A program made the position numbers and the translations under genes. Source: Sphyrna mokarran (Eukaryota). From it: a DNA stretch of 64,000 nucleotides. Location: positions 81,840,001 through 81,904,000 of the forward strand of contig JAGIQG010000010.1 of the NCBI GenBank assembly GCA_024679065.1, written 5' to 3'. The notes below the pieces were generated by a model. The model had not been told where the DNA came from. It saw only the letters and a program-made list of their open reading frames with translations, and searched no databases. Below are positions 24,101-37,849 of this stretch, one piece after another; position 1 is the first letter of the stretch, and every line of letters starts with the position of its first letter.

Positions 24101-27100
24101 GGGGGGTTTGGAGGGCCCCTGCCCTGCCCACCACCACCACACTCCCCCCAACTCCGCTCACCCAATGCCAGCACATTATAGCCATAATGCACTGCAGGCA
24201 GGCTAACTTGCTTGCTAGTGAGACTTGTACTCTTCACAAAGGAAGAAGTCCATAGCTAAGAGCTTTTTACTGCTGACACTATATCCAGTTCTGAGTAAAA
24301 AGGTCCGATGGATTCCAGAATAAGGAAATACAGGGTTTTCCGGTGGAGGGGAGGTCAGCCTGTTTAGAGAGGAGGTGGTGGGTTTGCTAAACAGGCAGGT
24401 AGGAAAAGGGAGGGGCTATTATCTTAGAGGTGGGGCTGTCCCAATGAACAAGAGGGTAACCTCCCAAAGGTATTACCCCCCCTTCCTTCTTGCCCTTTAA
24501 AAAAGTTTTTACAAATAGCCTTTCAACTCCCATCAGAAGGCCCACACCAATCATGTTATGATGTGGGTAGCATATAATTGATGTTAGTTGGCTTGTTAAC
24601 CTCCGTTAAATCTTGATTATTTGTTTAAATGTGGTAGTGAGCTACTGATTTCAGTGCCTGACTGTTGTGGAGTTGAGTTTGGGGAATGAGCTGGCAGATG
24701 GTAGAGTGGGTAGCCATCCTAAACATGCCCAATGGGGAACACAACATCCAGCCCCAAATGTGTGCTTCTGGTGAAGTCAAGACTGAGGGTGATTTGGATC
24801 AGGGTATTCAGTCATTCTATTAATTTAATTTTGAGGTCAAATTTTATGCCTTTATTTGTATGTTACTGGGTTTTATGAAATAATTTCTAAAATGACATCT
24901 TAAGATTATTTAAGAAAGATTTGGTTGAAATCTGAAATGAAATGGACCATTTTTGACAACTGCACAATTTGATTTTCTTTTTAAACTGGGATAAATATTA
25001 ATAGGCCTGAAAATCGAGAGGTCCTCTACCTATTACTGTATGCATGACACAGTGGGACTTGCACCCAGAGAGCTACTGTCCCTTTGATCCTATTCAAATT
25101 CAGGGTGTTTAATAGGTGAACGTTTATTGCATTGGTAGCAGAACTTTGGCATCTGCTAACTGCACCAAAAATCTGAAGCGCAACACTACTCTTGAGGATA
25201 TAGTTTGTACGGCAAATAAGTTAAGGAAACCAATCTTCAAACAATTAAGGGCCCCCGTCCTAGCAAAATATTGTAGTGACATTAAATTGCCAGTGCTGCC
25301 TCTGTCTAACATCTTGTCTGAAGAGAGCAAATGCAAGATGCAAGAGGAAACCCCAGTGCATCCAAAAAACAAGTGGCACAGTGGTTAGCACTGCTACTTC
25401 ACAATGCCTGAGACCCAGATTCAATTCCTGGCTTGGGTCACTGTCTGTGTGGAGTTTGCACATTCTTCATGTGTGTATATGGGTTTCCTCCAGGTGCTCC
25501 AGTTTCCTTCCACAGTCTGAAAGACGTGCTTTGACTCGAACAGGTATGTGGCGATTAGAGAAATTTCATAGTAACATCATTGCAGTGCTAACATAAACCT
25601 TACTCATGACTAATAAACCAATTTTATCTACTTGGTGCAGCGTATCTGCCCTCAAGAAGATCTAAAAGATGTATTGAAGGTTTTTGCCAAGATTCCTTAG
25701 GTGGCATTTTCCAAATCCGTGACCACTATCATCCAGAAGGACAAGGGCAGCAGATGCCTGGAAACTCCGCCACTTGAAGGTTCCTATCCAATTCCCTAAT
25801 TATCCTGATTTGGAAATATATCCCCATTTCCTCCATAGCTGCACTGTGAGTGTAAATACACTTCAGGGAAATGCAGTGGTTCAAGAAGCCAATTTACCAC
25901 TATCTTCTCCAGCACAATTTGGATAGGCAATAAATGCTAGTCTAGCCAGCAATACATCCTATAAAATAAATTTTTACAAAATAATGCCCAACTCAGTCTG
26001 CCAAACTGTTGCACATTCAACCCAGCTCCAACCAAAATTAATTTGATTTACCAACTCTTTATCAGATTATCCTTGAGATGCTGAATGAATTAATTTTTTT
26101 ACTAACTCAGTAGGAGAAAGCTAGGCCACAAATCATGTATTTATTATACACCATTTATTTGCTACAAATCTTAACTTTGTTAAAGTTGAGTGCATAGATA
26201 CTTCATAGAACGCATCAGTCTAACCAGAGCTGTGCAGCAGTTGAACTACAGTCTTTGATGAGCCAGGAATGGAACAAAATAATTAGAGGAAATAGCACAC
26301 TGGCTGACAGTTCAATTTATCATTATAAAACAGCATTTTCTCTGGCAGTGACCACAGACCTGAGGTTATGAATTGTTAAGTTACTTTCAAAGTATTTCCT
26401 TAAATATATCTCAAGCAAACAAGCTCAAATAGCCAAAATATGAAATAGCTGAAGTCTACCTGTTTGAGTAATGTTCAGCATTTACATGACCCTAAAGTAT
26501 GAGCAGTCTGGTGATTTTTTTTTCTCCATTTCCCATGTGCTAGCTTAGGTAGTGTTAAGTTAATGAACCATTACACTGCAACCTTGTGTAAATAATGATA
26601 CCTCAGCTGCCTTCACACTTGCTTTTTTTCCCCCTGATCTTTATGTTTTACTGCTTATCCCTAAAGGACATTAGTGAATCAGATGGGTTTTTCTGACACT
26701 CAACAATCATCAGTCGTTGTGGTAGCACACAATAGTTAACATTGCTGCCTCACAGTGCCAGGAACCTGGATTTGATTCTTGGCTTAGATTACTCAGTGCA
26801 GAGACTGCACATTCTCCATGTGTCTGTGTGCATTGCCTCCGGATGCTCCAGTTTCCTTCCACAGTCCAAAAGATCTGCTGATTAGTTGCATTGGCCATGC
26901 TAATTTCTCATTCAGTGTACCTAAACATGGGCTGAAGTGTCTAGGGGATTTTCACAGTCTATTGCAATGTTGGTGTAAGCCTACTTGTGACACTAAAAAA
27001 AATGCTTTAAATAAAACTTTAAACTTATTTCTGCATCTGCTTGGTAAACTTCTTGCAGCACCAAGAGAACCTAAGTGAGCGAACAGCACAATTATTACCT

Positions 27101-27399
27101 TTATACAAATAAAAGAGATTTCTGAAAAGAGATTACAACAGATTGAGTTATTGATTCTCTAATATTAATCAACCTGAAGATTCAGAATCTTCTATTTTTA
27201 CATGTTAATTTTAGAGAGAGGTTTTCTTACATTCATGTTAACAGGATAATGCTCTAATGTTCAGTGTGGAGGCTTGTGCTAAGGTTGAGCCAATGGGGCA
27301 CTGTTATGCCCTTCACAAGACAGACATTTCGTTATCAGATAATGCTGGATAAACTCGGCAGGTCTGGCAGCATCTGTGGAAAAAGAAACAGTTAACATT

Positions 27400-30300
27400 T
27401 GTGGATAACACAAAATGTAGTCATATTGTAAACTGTGAAGAGGACAGCATTGAACTTCAAAAGGATATGCACAAGTGGTGGAGTGAGCAGATAGGTGGCA
27501 GAATAAGTTTGATGTGGAGAAATGTGATGTGATACATTTTGGGAGGAAGAATATGGAGAGATGATACAAAATAAGGGGTAAAATTCTTAGAGGAGCAGAA
27601 GGACCTGTACATTATTGAAGGGGCAGTACAGGAAGAAAAAGTAGTTAATACATCATTTTTAAAAATTCATTCACAGCACGTAGGCATCACTGGCTGGCCA
27701 GCATCTAGTGCCCATCCCTAATTGCCCTTGTAGTGAGTAGCTTGCTAGGCCATTTCAGAGAGCAGTTGAGAATCAACCACACTGCTGTGTTCTGGATTCA
27801 CAGGCCAGACCAGATAAGGATGGCAAATTTCCTTCCCTAAAGGATCCCTAAATGGGTTTTACTGATAATCGACAATGGTTCCATGGTATTTTAGTTGAAT
27901 TCAAATTCCATCATCTGCCACGGTGGGATTCATATCCAGATCCCCAGAACATGAACTGAGTTTCTGGATTAATAGTTTAGCAATAATACCACTAGGCCAT
28001 TGCCTCTCCAAGATAATTCTGGGCTTTATTAATAGAGGCATAGAATACAAGACTTCTTAATAGTACTCACATGGCAGGAAAAGATAATGGGAGTTTGTCA
28101 GAAAAGGATAGCAGTAAGTATTTGGAGATTTTAAGATATATAAGCAAGGTGGCCTAGATAAGAAGTTCATAGAATGTTTTGGAATAGTTACTTAGAATAG
28201 CATGTCAGAGACAAACCAGATTATAGGCTATCTTAGACCTGGTAATGTGCAACAAGAGATTAATTAATGACCTCATAGATCTCCTAGAAATCAACAATCT
28301 TAATATGGCATTCAGTTTGAAGGCATGAAGATTGGGTCCAAGATTAGTATTTTAAAATAAAATAAGGGCAGTTATGATGCCATGAAAGCATATAAAGTGC
28401 CTGGCAATTGAGATTAAGGGATAGTCAATTGAAATGCATGAAAGGAATATTTCAGAGTACATAGGGTGGATACATTCCAACAAAAAGAAAAATTGAAAGG
28501 GAAGGATCCACTATTCATTGTTCCAATGGATCCACACTCCACTGGAAAAATGGAGGCTGAGAGAGGTCTACAAAACGATGAGGTGTAGATAGAGTTCATA
28601 ATCAGAGGCTTTTTCCTAGGGTGCAAGTGTCAATTACAAGGGGTCACAGGTTCAAGGTGAAAGAGGAAAAGTTTAAGTGAGATATGTGGGGGAAATCTTT
28701 CACGAAAAAAGAGCCGTGGGTGCCTCGAACATGTTGCCAGAGGAGGTGGTAGAAGCAGACACATTGTGCGTAAATGAATAGAAATAGTGGGCAGAAAGGT
28801 TTTTTTAGTTTAGTTAGAGCATCATGCTGAGCACAGGCTTGGAGAGCTGAAGGGTCTGTTCTTGTCCTGTACTCTTTGTTCTCTTGTTGTTCTTAACTAA
28901 ATAAAGTTAAAGACAGTATTAAGTTTAAAGGAAAATCATATAATTGTACAAGGATGGGTGACAGGTCAGAAGATTTGGACAGAATATAGGAAAAGCAAAG
29001 ATGATTGAAAAGATTAATGAGAGAGACATGTGCATATGAGAGAAAGCTGTCAAGAAATATAAAAACTAATAAGAGTTTCTTTAGAAATTTCAAAACAAGT
29101 TAATAAATCGAGTTTTTCTCATGTAAGAAGTGACTCTGGGGAATTAATAATGGGAAAAAAAGGAGATTTTGCTTGAGTCCTCACTGTAAAGGACACAAGC
29201 AACATCTGAGAAATAGGGAGGGAGCAACTCCAGAAACTTACAATCACTAGGGAAGTGATACTGAGCAAATAGTTGGTGGTGCAAATTGACAAGTTACAGA
29301 TTCTCATAGATTCATAGAACCCTACAATGCAGAAACAAGCCCTTCGTCCCATCGAGTCTGCACTGAACACAATCCCACTGAGGCCCTATCCCCATATCCC
29401 TACATGTTTACCCTCTAACATATACATTCCAGGACACTAAGGGGCAATTTCAGAATAGCTAATCAACCTAACCCGCACGTCTTTGGGTTGTGGGAGGAAA
29501 CCGGAGCACCCTGAGGGAAGTCACGCAAACACGAGGAGAACGTGCAAACTCCACACAGACAGTGACCTGAGTCAGTTCTAGTGGATTTCATTCTAAGCTC
29601 TTAAAAGTAGTAAGTTCTAATTTTTTAAATTTCCCTAGATTCTGGAAAGGTATTGTAAAAAGCAAATTTAACTTCTTTCTTCAAAAAGTGGAGACAGAAA
29701 GCAGGAAACAATAAGCCAGTTAGTTTAATATCCATCATAGGGAAAATATTAGAAGCTATTATCAAAGACGTTAAAGTGGGGCACTTGGAACAATTCAAGA
29801 CAATCAGGCAAAATCTATATGGTTTTGTGAGAGGGAAATCATGTCTAACAAATTCATTGGAATTCTTTGAAGAAGTAATGTATTGTGGATAAAGGGGAAC
29901 CAGTAGATTTGATTTTGATTTATTATTGTCACATATTAGTATAAGTGAAAAGTATTGTTTCTTGCACACGCTACAGACAAAGCATACCGTACATGGAGAA
30001 GGAAAGGAGAGAGTGGAGAATATAGTACTACAGTCATCGCTAGGGTGTAGACTTAATGTGGGGTAAGTCCATTCAAAAGTCTGATGGCAGCAGGGAAGAA
30101 ACTTTTTGAGTTGGTTGGTATGTGATCGCAGACTTTTGGATCTTTTTCCCGGTGGAATAGAATATGTCCGTGGTGCGTGCAGTCCTTGATTATGCTGGCT
30201 ACTTTTCCAAGGCAGTGGGAAATGTACTTAGAGTCAGTGGATGTGAGGCTGGTTTGCATGATGGACTGGACTTCATTCATAACCTTTTGTAGTCTTTTGC

Positions 30301-32310
30301 AGTCTTGGACAGAGAATGAGCCATACTAAGCTGTGATACAACCAGAAAGAATGCTTTCTATGGTGCATTTCTAGAAGTTGATGAAAGTTGTAGCAGACAT
30401 GTCAAACTTCCTTAGTCTTCTGGGAAAGTAGAGATATTAGTGGGCTTTCTTAACAGCGTCCACATGGAGGGACCAGAACAGATTGTTGGCGATCTGGACA
30501 CTTAAAAACTTGAAGCTCTCGACCATTTCTACTTTGTCCCCATTAAATGTCTTCCATTATGCTTCCTGAAGTCAATGACTATCTCCTTTCTTTTGTTGAC
30601 ATTGAGGGAGAGATTATTGTCATTGCACCAGTTCAGTAGATCCTATATCTCTTTCCTGTACTATGTCTCATTGTTGTTTGAGATCCAATCCATAACAGTG
30701 ATCTCATAAGCTAACTAGAAAGTCGAGTACTGTTCTGTGCATGAATTTCCAGAAGGTACGCTGTCAAATATTTGCAAAATAAAAGTTCATGGTGTAGGGT
30801 CTAACATATTGGAATGGAAGATTGGTTAGCTAACTGGAAATAATAGACATAAATGGGTCATTTTCTTGTTGTCAAGATGTAACTAACAAGTGGTGTGCAA
30901 CATCGCTGGGGCCTTTTCTTATAAAATGTAGATAACTTGGATAAATAGACAAAATTACGATTGCTAAGTTTTCTGATCACCCAAAGATAGATGGGAAAGT
31001 AAGGTACGAAGAGGACATAACAAGGCTACAAAGCGAATTAGATAGGTTAAGAAAGTGGTCAAAGATCTGGCAAATGGAGCATAATGTGGCAAAATGTGAA
31101 ATTTTGCAGGAAAAATGAAAAAAGAATACTACCTAAATGGGTGAGAGATTGCAGATCATAAGATGCAGGAGAAGAAGTAGGCCATTCAGTCATCGAGTCT
31201 GCTCCAACATTGAACGAGACCATGAAATTATAATCCTCAACACTACATTCCCATCTTATTCCTATAACCCTTGATTCCTTTATTGATTAAAAGTCTTGAA
31301 CATAATTAATGTCCCAACTTCTACAGTCTTCTGTGGTAAAGAATTCCACAGAGCCACTACCTTCTGAGAAAAGAAATTCCTCCTTATCTCATGTCTTAAA
31401 TGGGTGACCCCTTACTCTGAGATTGTACCCTCTGGTCCTAGTCTTTCTCTCTCAAGGGGAAACAACTTCTCAGCATCTAACCTGTCAAACTCCCTGAGAA
31501 TCCTCTATGTCTCATTCTTTTAAACTCCAATGAGTACAGTCCCTCCATACCTGGGATCAACCTCATAAACATTCTTTGGACTGCCTCCAATGTCAGTATA
31601 TTTTTTCTTAGATAAGGGGACCAAAACTGTTCACAGTATTCCAGACCTCTGGGATGCAGGTGCATGCATCACAAAAGGCAGGACAGCAAAAAATTAGGAA
31701 AGCTAATATAATGTGTTACTATCTATTGCAAGGAAAATGGAATACAAAAGTAAGTGTTATGCTTCAGTTATGCAGGCCATGGTTGAAACCATATCTGGAC
31801 CATTGTGAACTATATTGGTCCCCTTATTTAAGGAAAGATATAAGTATGTTGGAAGTGGTTCAAACATGGTTTAGTAGACTAATACCAGGAATGGGAGGGT
31901 TATCTTATGAGAAAAGATTGGAGAAGTTAGCTTAATATCTGCTGGAGTTTACAAGAGTAAGAGGCAACTTGATAGAAACATAAGATACTGAGGTAACTTG
32001 AGATGATAGATATAGAAAGTATGTTTCTTCTGGTAGGAGAATCTAGAACTGGGGATCACTGTTTAAAAGAAAGACAGATGAGAACTTTCTTCCCTGAGGT
32101 TTGAGAGTCTTTGAAATCCTCTTCTTAAATGGTGGTGGAAGCAAAGTCTTTGAATATTTCTAAGACATGGCTCGGTAGATTCTTGATGAGAAAGGTTATT
32201 GTGTAAATTGGAAATATGAATTGAGATTACATCAGCCATGATTTTATTGAATGGCGGAGCAGTTTTGAGAGGCTGAGTGGCCTACTGCTCTTCCTAATTC
32301 ATATGTTCAT
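27400..32310 (+). mobile_element. Multiply nested, decayed CR1 region (with SINE, Rex1-like and second CR1 insertions)
   Basis: GFVRGKSCLTNSLEFFEEV, PYLDHCELYWSPYLRKDI and GLSYEKRLEKL segments occur in order, separated by inserted repeats. Confidence 0.75.
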
Positions 32311-32641
32311 GTAAGTTGTTGCTCAAGAGCCCACATTAGGTATATGGGTAGCTATAGGTGCAATGAACAATGCATGTCATTCTGTTACCACTGGCTGTAC
32401 TTACCAAGCCATTAACCTACATGTAACTGCATAATAAACTATTTTGTGAATACATCTCAACAAAGTTATTATCATGAGTAGCAAAGTTTCATCAATGCTG
32501 TAGGAACATTGGAACAGGACAAGACAATCTGACTCTTCAAGCATGTTCCTTTCTGTAAGATCACAGCTGATCTGACTGTGTTTTCAACTCCACTTTTCTA
32601 TATGCTGTCACCCCTGCTCACCCGCCACCTCTCCCCATCCC

Positions 32642-32750
32642 TCTCCACCCAGCTCACCATACCCCCCCTCCACCCAGCTCACCATACCCCCCCTCCCCCA
32701 GCTCACCATACCCCCCCTCCACCCAGCTCACCATACCCCCCCCCCTCCCC
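32642..32750. repeat. C-rich minisatellite, ~24-bp unit (ccacccagctcaccatacccccc), about 4 copies
   Basis: Directly visible tandem units inside a CR1 3' fragment. Confidence 0.85.
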
Positions 32751-35689
32751 ACAATACCTCTTGATTCTGTTGCCTAATAAAAGTCTGTATAACTCTACAG
32801 TGAATAAATTCAAAGACCTGGAGGGTGATTTTGCCGGCTTGTCCCATCAGTTGATCGCAGGAGAAGTGATAAACCCGGTTCACGTCTAGTTTCTCAACTT
32901 GCGACACTACTTCCATTGTGAAGTCAGCATGATCAGCCTCGCACCCTTCCTGAGCATGATGCTGATTTAAATATTAAAATCTCAATTGAAATATTATTAG
33001 TGAGCCCAGGATGGAATCGTCTGGACTCACTTACTTCAATGGCCTTGACAGTGGAAGTCCTCCGAGATAACAATCATGTTATCAATGGGATAGACATGAT
33101 GGCCTCGCTGGTGGGACTGGAGGCCATTGAGGATCTGGGGTGGTTGGGGACTGCACTCCCTTCACTTAGACCCCATCCACCAGGCAGTGCCAAAGAGTGG
33201 GATCTGAGGGGAGGGGATGGGCCCTGAAGGCAATTGGGGATTGGCTGGAACAGTGATTGGCCGGAGGGTGCAGGAGGTGGGGATGCGATGGTATCAGGGC
33301 AGTGATCAGCCAGGGAGGCCAGCGATTGGTCAAAGAGAGACTTATAGGGCAGATGGGGGCCAATGCCCATGGGGGGAAGGGGTAGAAAGGTGATGGAGCA
33401 ACATGAGTCCAGTGAAACTGAACTAAACTCCTAAAGCAATAATATTATGTTTTAAGGGAGATGATTTGGGTGTGGTTTTATCAAGATATTGTACAGCTGC
33501 ATTGAAACTTCTCCATTCTCATATTCCATTTCATTCCCTTGTAGTAATTACTTCCTCTATCTGAATACTAACATTGTGATCCATTTAACCAGGACATCCA
33601 GATCTCTCTGTAACACCATTCTGCAATTACCCTAAAGGTAGGAGAATAGTTTTATCATTTCATTTTTTTTGCAGGATTGTCTTCTTCCATATTAGGGCAA
33701 GTAATCCATGGCAGATATTGGCTTGATTGGTTGAATGGGCCTTTCCCATTTCATGATTTTTTTGTGTCTTTAAATTAGTCATATGCTGAATTGATCTTGA
33801 TGCAAGCTTAAAGCTCTATCTAGTCTACCTAGATCCTTGTCTATGAGGGAACAAGAGTCATATCACATAAGATTATCCATTTCCATGGCAGATATGGTTC
33901 CTGGAGAAAAAGCCAAGATGAGTTCCACTTGATCAAAATACACAATAGCTCTGAAGAGTACATATCAATCACTCCAGAAATTCTTTCGGGTTCGTAATTG
34001 TGGATTTTATGTACTTTATGCCAATAATATTTTTCATTTACATTATATGCAATTTATCTGAGAAGAGTTTTTAAAATATATTTGATGTTAACTTGAAGAG
34101 CTTGGTATTTTCTCCTGATATTGACAAGGGTTTGATTGACAGGCAGGCAGTTTGCTAAAAGATAGATATTGCATTTGGGTACATCATATTGATAGATGTT
34201 TAAAATTTCAAACATAATAGCTGTCAAACTTCTTGCTAGCTTGCTATTGCTCTTGTTATTTTCACTATGATTGAACATATTTGTATGTGGCATTGATAGA
34301 AAAATGTGAAATCGATTTAATAGTTTCAGGACTGTGGAGTTAAAATTCGATTCTTGTTACATCAAGGGTAGAGGAGGCACAAAACTAGGGGCAGAGATTT
34401 TGAACTTTTCTTTATACTTCAAGTACTTAGAATCCATACAGTGCAGAAGAAGGCCAATCAGCCCATGTAGTCCTCACCTACTCTAACAGAGCATCTTACC
34501 CAAGTCCTATCCCCCATAACCCCACAAATTTACCCCACAAATTCCCCTAACATGTATTTTGGCTCACTAAGGGACAATTTAGAATGGCCAATTCATCTAA
34601 CATGGGAAGAAACTGCAGCACCCAGAGAAATCCCATGCAGACACAGGGAGAATGTGTAAACTCCAGACAGACATTTGCCTAGGCTAAAATTGAACCCGGG
34701 TCGCTGGTCCTGTGAAGCAACAGTGCCTCTCAGAGCTACACCTCTGCTGGCTCTCTGATATTGTGAGGAAGCATTGTGTTGCCCCATGAACTCAAAATTT
34801 ACGCTGGTGGAAGAAAAGGCTGTGCTGCTCTGCACTGTAAACCTGATCGGGGGACTAACTATTTGAAGGATTTGTTGTTTTGCATGAATAAAAGACATCA
34901 TCTTCGTGCACCTGTAGGACCAGGTATATGGCCACTGGAAGTAACCCTAAAGCTGCTAGATTAGCCCAGCAGACACCATTTTGTTAGCCCTTTTATTTTC
35001 TATACATATTTTTGGATGAATGTGATCTTTACTCCATTTTGTGTGGTCAGAATTTAACTTTTGCACTCCTACCATTCCCAAAAATATTTGGCAGTGGAAA
35101 CATCACTTTTTGGATACCATGAATATTCTTTTAGAAATACCCCTCGTCTTTTTGGAGGAATTCCTTGGCTGAGCATTAGACACAGGGATGATGAAAGATG
35201 TGTCAAACAAATAAATAAAGATTGTCATGTGCAAACATTATTCCATTACAGGGCCAGATTTTTATGTTGCTCTGGAATCAGTGTTGGAATTAGAAAGGAC
35301 GTTTCCTCTTGTGTGTGAGCCAGAACAAGGGCAATGTTTTTAAATTAAGCATCCAGGATGAAAATAATGAAAATAATTTTCTTGAGAGGCTGTATGATTT
35401 TGGAACTCTGTCGCTCAGATAGTTGTGGAAGTGTGGTCAGTGAATATTTTTAAGACATTGGTAGATCGATTCATGTTAGGCAAAGGATCAAGAATATATA
35501 GGAATGTGAAACACAAGTATATCAGCATAATCTTATTGAATGGCAGAGCAGAGCACACATGAGGGGTCAAATGGCTCACTTCTGCTCTTATTTTGGATGT
35601 TTGTATGCTTTGACTGACAGGACAACATACGTATCTGTTTAAAAATCTAGATGTCTATTTTTTCAAGTTTTAATGACCTCTATCAGCTA

Positions 35690-37700
35690 TAGTTGCAAGT
35701 GTTTGTCCTGCACATGCTGGGAAGTTCAATCTCTGTACCAATCACCAAACATTGCATTGTCAACCACCTCAGAATCTGGCCATCAAGCTCTACACATCAA
35801 CAGATGGTCAGACCTCACAGGTGCAGCAAACTTTGTAGTTGACATGCTTAACTGTACTATTGCCATGGACAGCTTCAGCTATAGTGAGGCAAACTGTGAC
35901 TTTAGAGATTACATGATTGCAGTAATTTTGCACGTGATCCCGAATCTTGTTATGCATGAAGAATTGAAGACTGAATCGCTGTCAGACCATAGTAAGTAAC
36001 CCAGTAACTAAAGACAACGTAGCCTCACAAAAAAGAGAAATAATTATCCCAGACTACACTGTATGCAATGAACTTGCATTGTTGGTGACAAGGAATTCGA
36101 GCAGTGCCTCAGGTAATATGCATTACATCTCATCTTCAATCAGGGTGTTGGTGAAGTAACAAACCCCTGAAAGCCATCTGGTGTGGAGATGCCGGCATTG
36201 GTCTGGGATAAGCAGTCTCACAACACCAGGTTGAAGTTCTACAGGTTTATTTGGTAGCACAAGCTTTCGGAGTGTCACTCCTCCTTGAAGTGAGTGGGGC
36301 ATTGTGTTCACAAACAGAGCATACAAAAACACTCAATTTACAAGATAATGGTTGGAATTGCGAATGTTTACAGGTAATCTAGTCTTAAAGGTGCAGACAA
36401 ATGTGAGTGGAGAGAGGGTTCAGCACAGGTTATAGAGATGTGTATTGTCTCTAGCCAGGACAGCTAGTGAGATTTTGCAAGCCCAGGCAAGTTGTGGGGA
36501 TTACAGACAGTATGACATGAACCCAAGATCCCGGTTGAGACCGTCTTCATGTGTGCGAAACTTTGCTGTCAGTTTCTGTCAGTTGGCTATTAGAAACTGA
36601 CAGCAAGATCTGCAGACATGATGATGGCCTCAACTGGGATCTTGAATTCATGTCACACTATCTGTAACCCCCACAACTTGTCTGAGCTTGCAAAACCTCA
36701 CTAACTGTCCAGGCTAGAGACAATACACACCTCTTTAACCTGTGCTTAATCCTCTCTCCACTCACAGACTTGATTATCTATTAAAATTCGCATTCTAACC
36801 ATTATATTGTAAATTGAGTCTGTGTCTATATATGCCTTGTTTGTGAACACAATTCCTCATTCACCTGAAGGAGGAGCAATACTCCGAAAGCTTGTGCTAC
36901 CAAATAAACCTGTTGGACTTTAACCTAATGTTGTGAGATATCTTACTATGCAGCCTGGTGGCCAGATCACTGCATTGACGAGTTCATTAGGAAATGTGTA
37001 GGTTATGCACAGTGAAAATTTTCTTGAACTATATCCCTTAAGTCTACAACCAGCTCCACAGGCAACAAAACCATGGCAACAACTCTAAGCAGATATTTTT
37101 GGAGAAGTGTAAGCAGTCCCAAGCAATCAATTTTTTAAACTTGTTTTTCAGAATCTATATTGCGAGTGGCCAAAAATTGTTACATAATTGTCTCTTCGGA
37201 CATTGATATTCTAGATAAGTTGTTTACAAAATCAGGTTTGCCAAAGGCTATCTCCACAGACGATGGTTCACAGTTTGTTTTCAAGCAGTTCATGGAATTC
37301 TTAGCAAGGAATTCATCACCTTCTGACATTATGACACAGTTCAATAGCAGAGTACAGGACAGTCAGACATCTGTTATTTTGGAGGGAAATGCAAATCATC
37401 TCCTCCTTTGCACATACCAATCCTGACCGGAACAATACCAATCGAACCTGAATCATACTTTTCACATACCAATGACTATTCTTAATCCATCAACATAATT
37501 TAACAAGAATGTCCAAGGAAAAGCTGAAGAAATAGCAAAGCAACAAGGTAAATCAAAAGCTTACATCTGACAAACAAGTAGAAGTTGGGAGTTTGGGTTC
37601 ACATCAAATACCCAAATTGTGGCCAAAAACTTGCAGCAACTTTACATGGACCAATCTAGATCAAGTGATTGCTCCATACCATCAGTTGGATATCAACACA
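35690..37700 (+). mobile_element. Gypsy-type LTR retrotransposon pol/integrase relic
   Basis: LDKLFTKSGLPKAISTDDGSQFVFKQFMEFL matches the integrase GLPxxIxSDNGxQF motif; PWQQL*ADIFG lies upstream. Confidence 0.7.
36178..36950. mobile_element. ~750-bp palindromic Penelope-like element (two inverted 3' ends)
   Basis: Arms ~36210-36578 and ~36592-36948 are reverse complements. Each encodes a PLE C-terminus (HDDGLNWDLEFMSHYL*) followed by a mutated hammerhead motif (cacctgaaggaggagcaatactccgaaagcttgtg). Confidence 0.82.
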
Positions 37701-37849
37701 AAGTGGAATGTAAGATCTGAAGCGAGCAGATATGAACATTTAGGATTGTGAATATGGGATCTTTCCTTTTCTAATGAGCTACTAATGTTGATGATCTGTC
37801 TCATCGAGTTGATCTCACACAGCCACAACTCAAATTACTAGATATTATG

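Noticed and set aside
32578-32889. Proline/histidine-rich 103-aa ORF
   Set aside because: Translation of a C-rich minisatellite within a CR1 fragment.
34054-34293. Minus-strand ORF containing KCNIYLLAN, faintly like SOHLH2 KIDILLVGD
   Set aside because: No suitable acceptor or donor, and it ends in a stop; similarity is at chance level.
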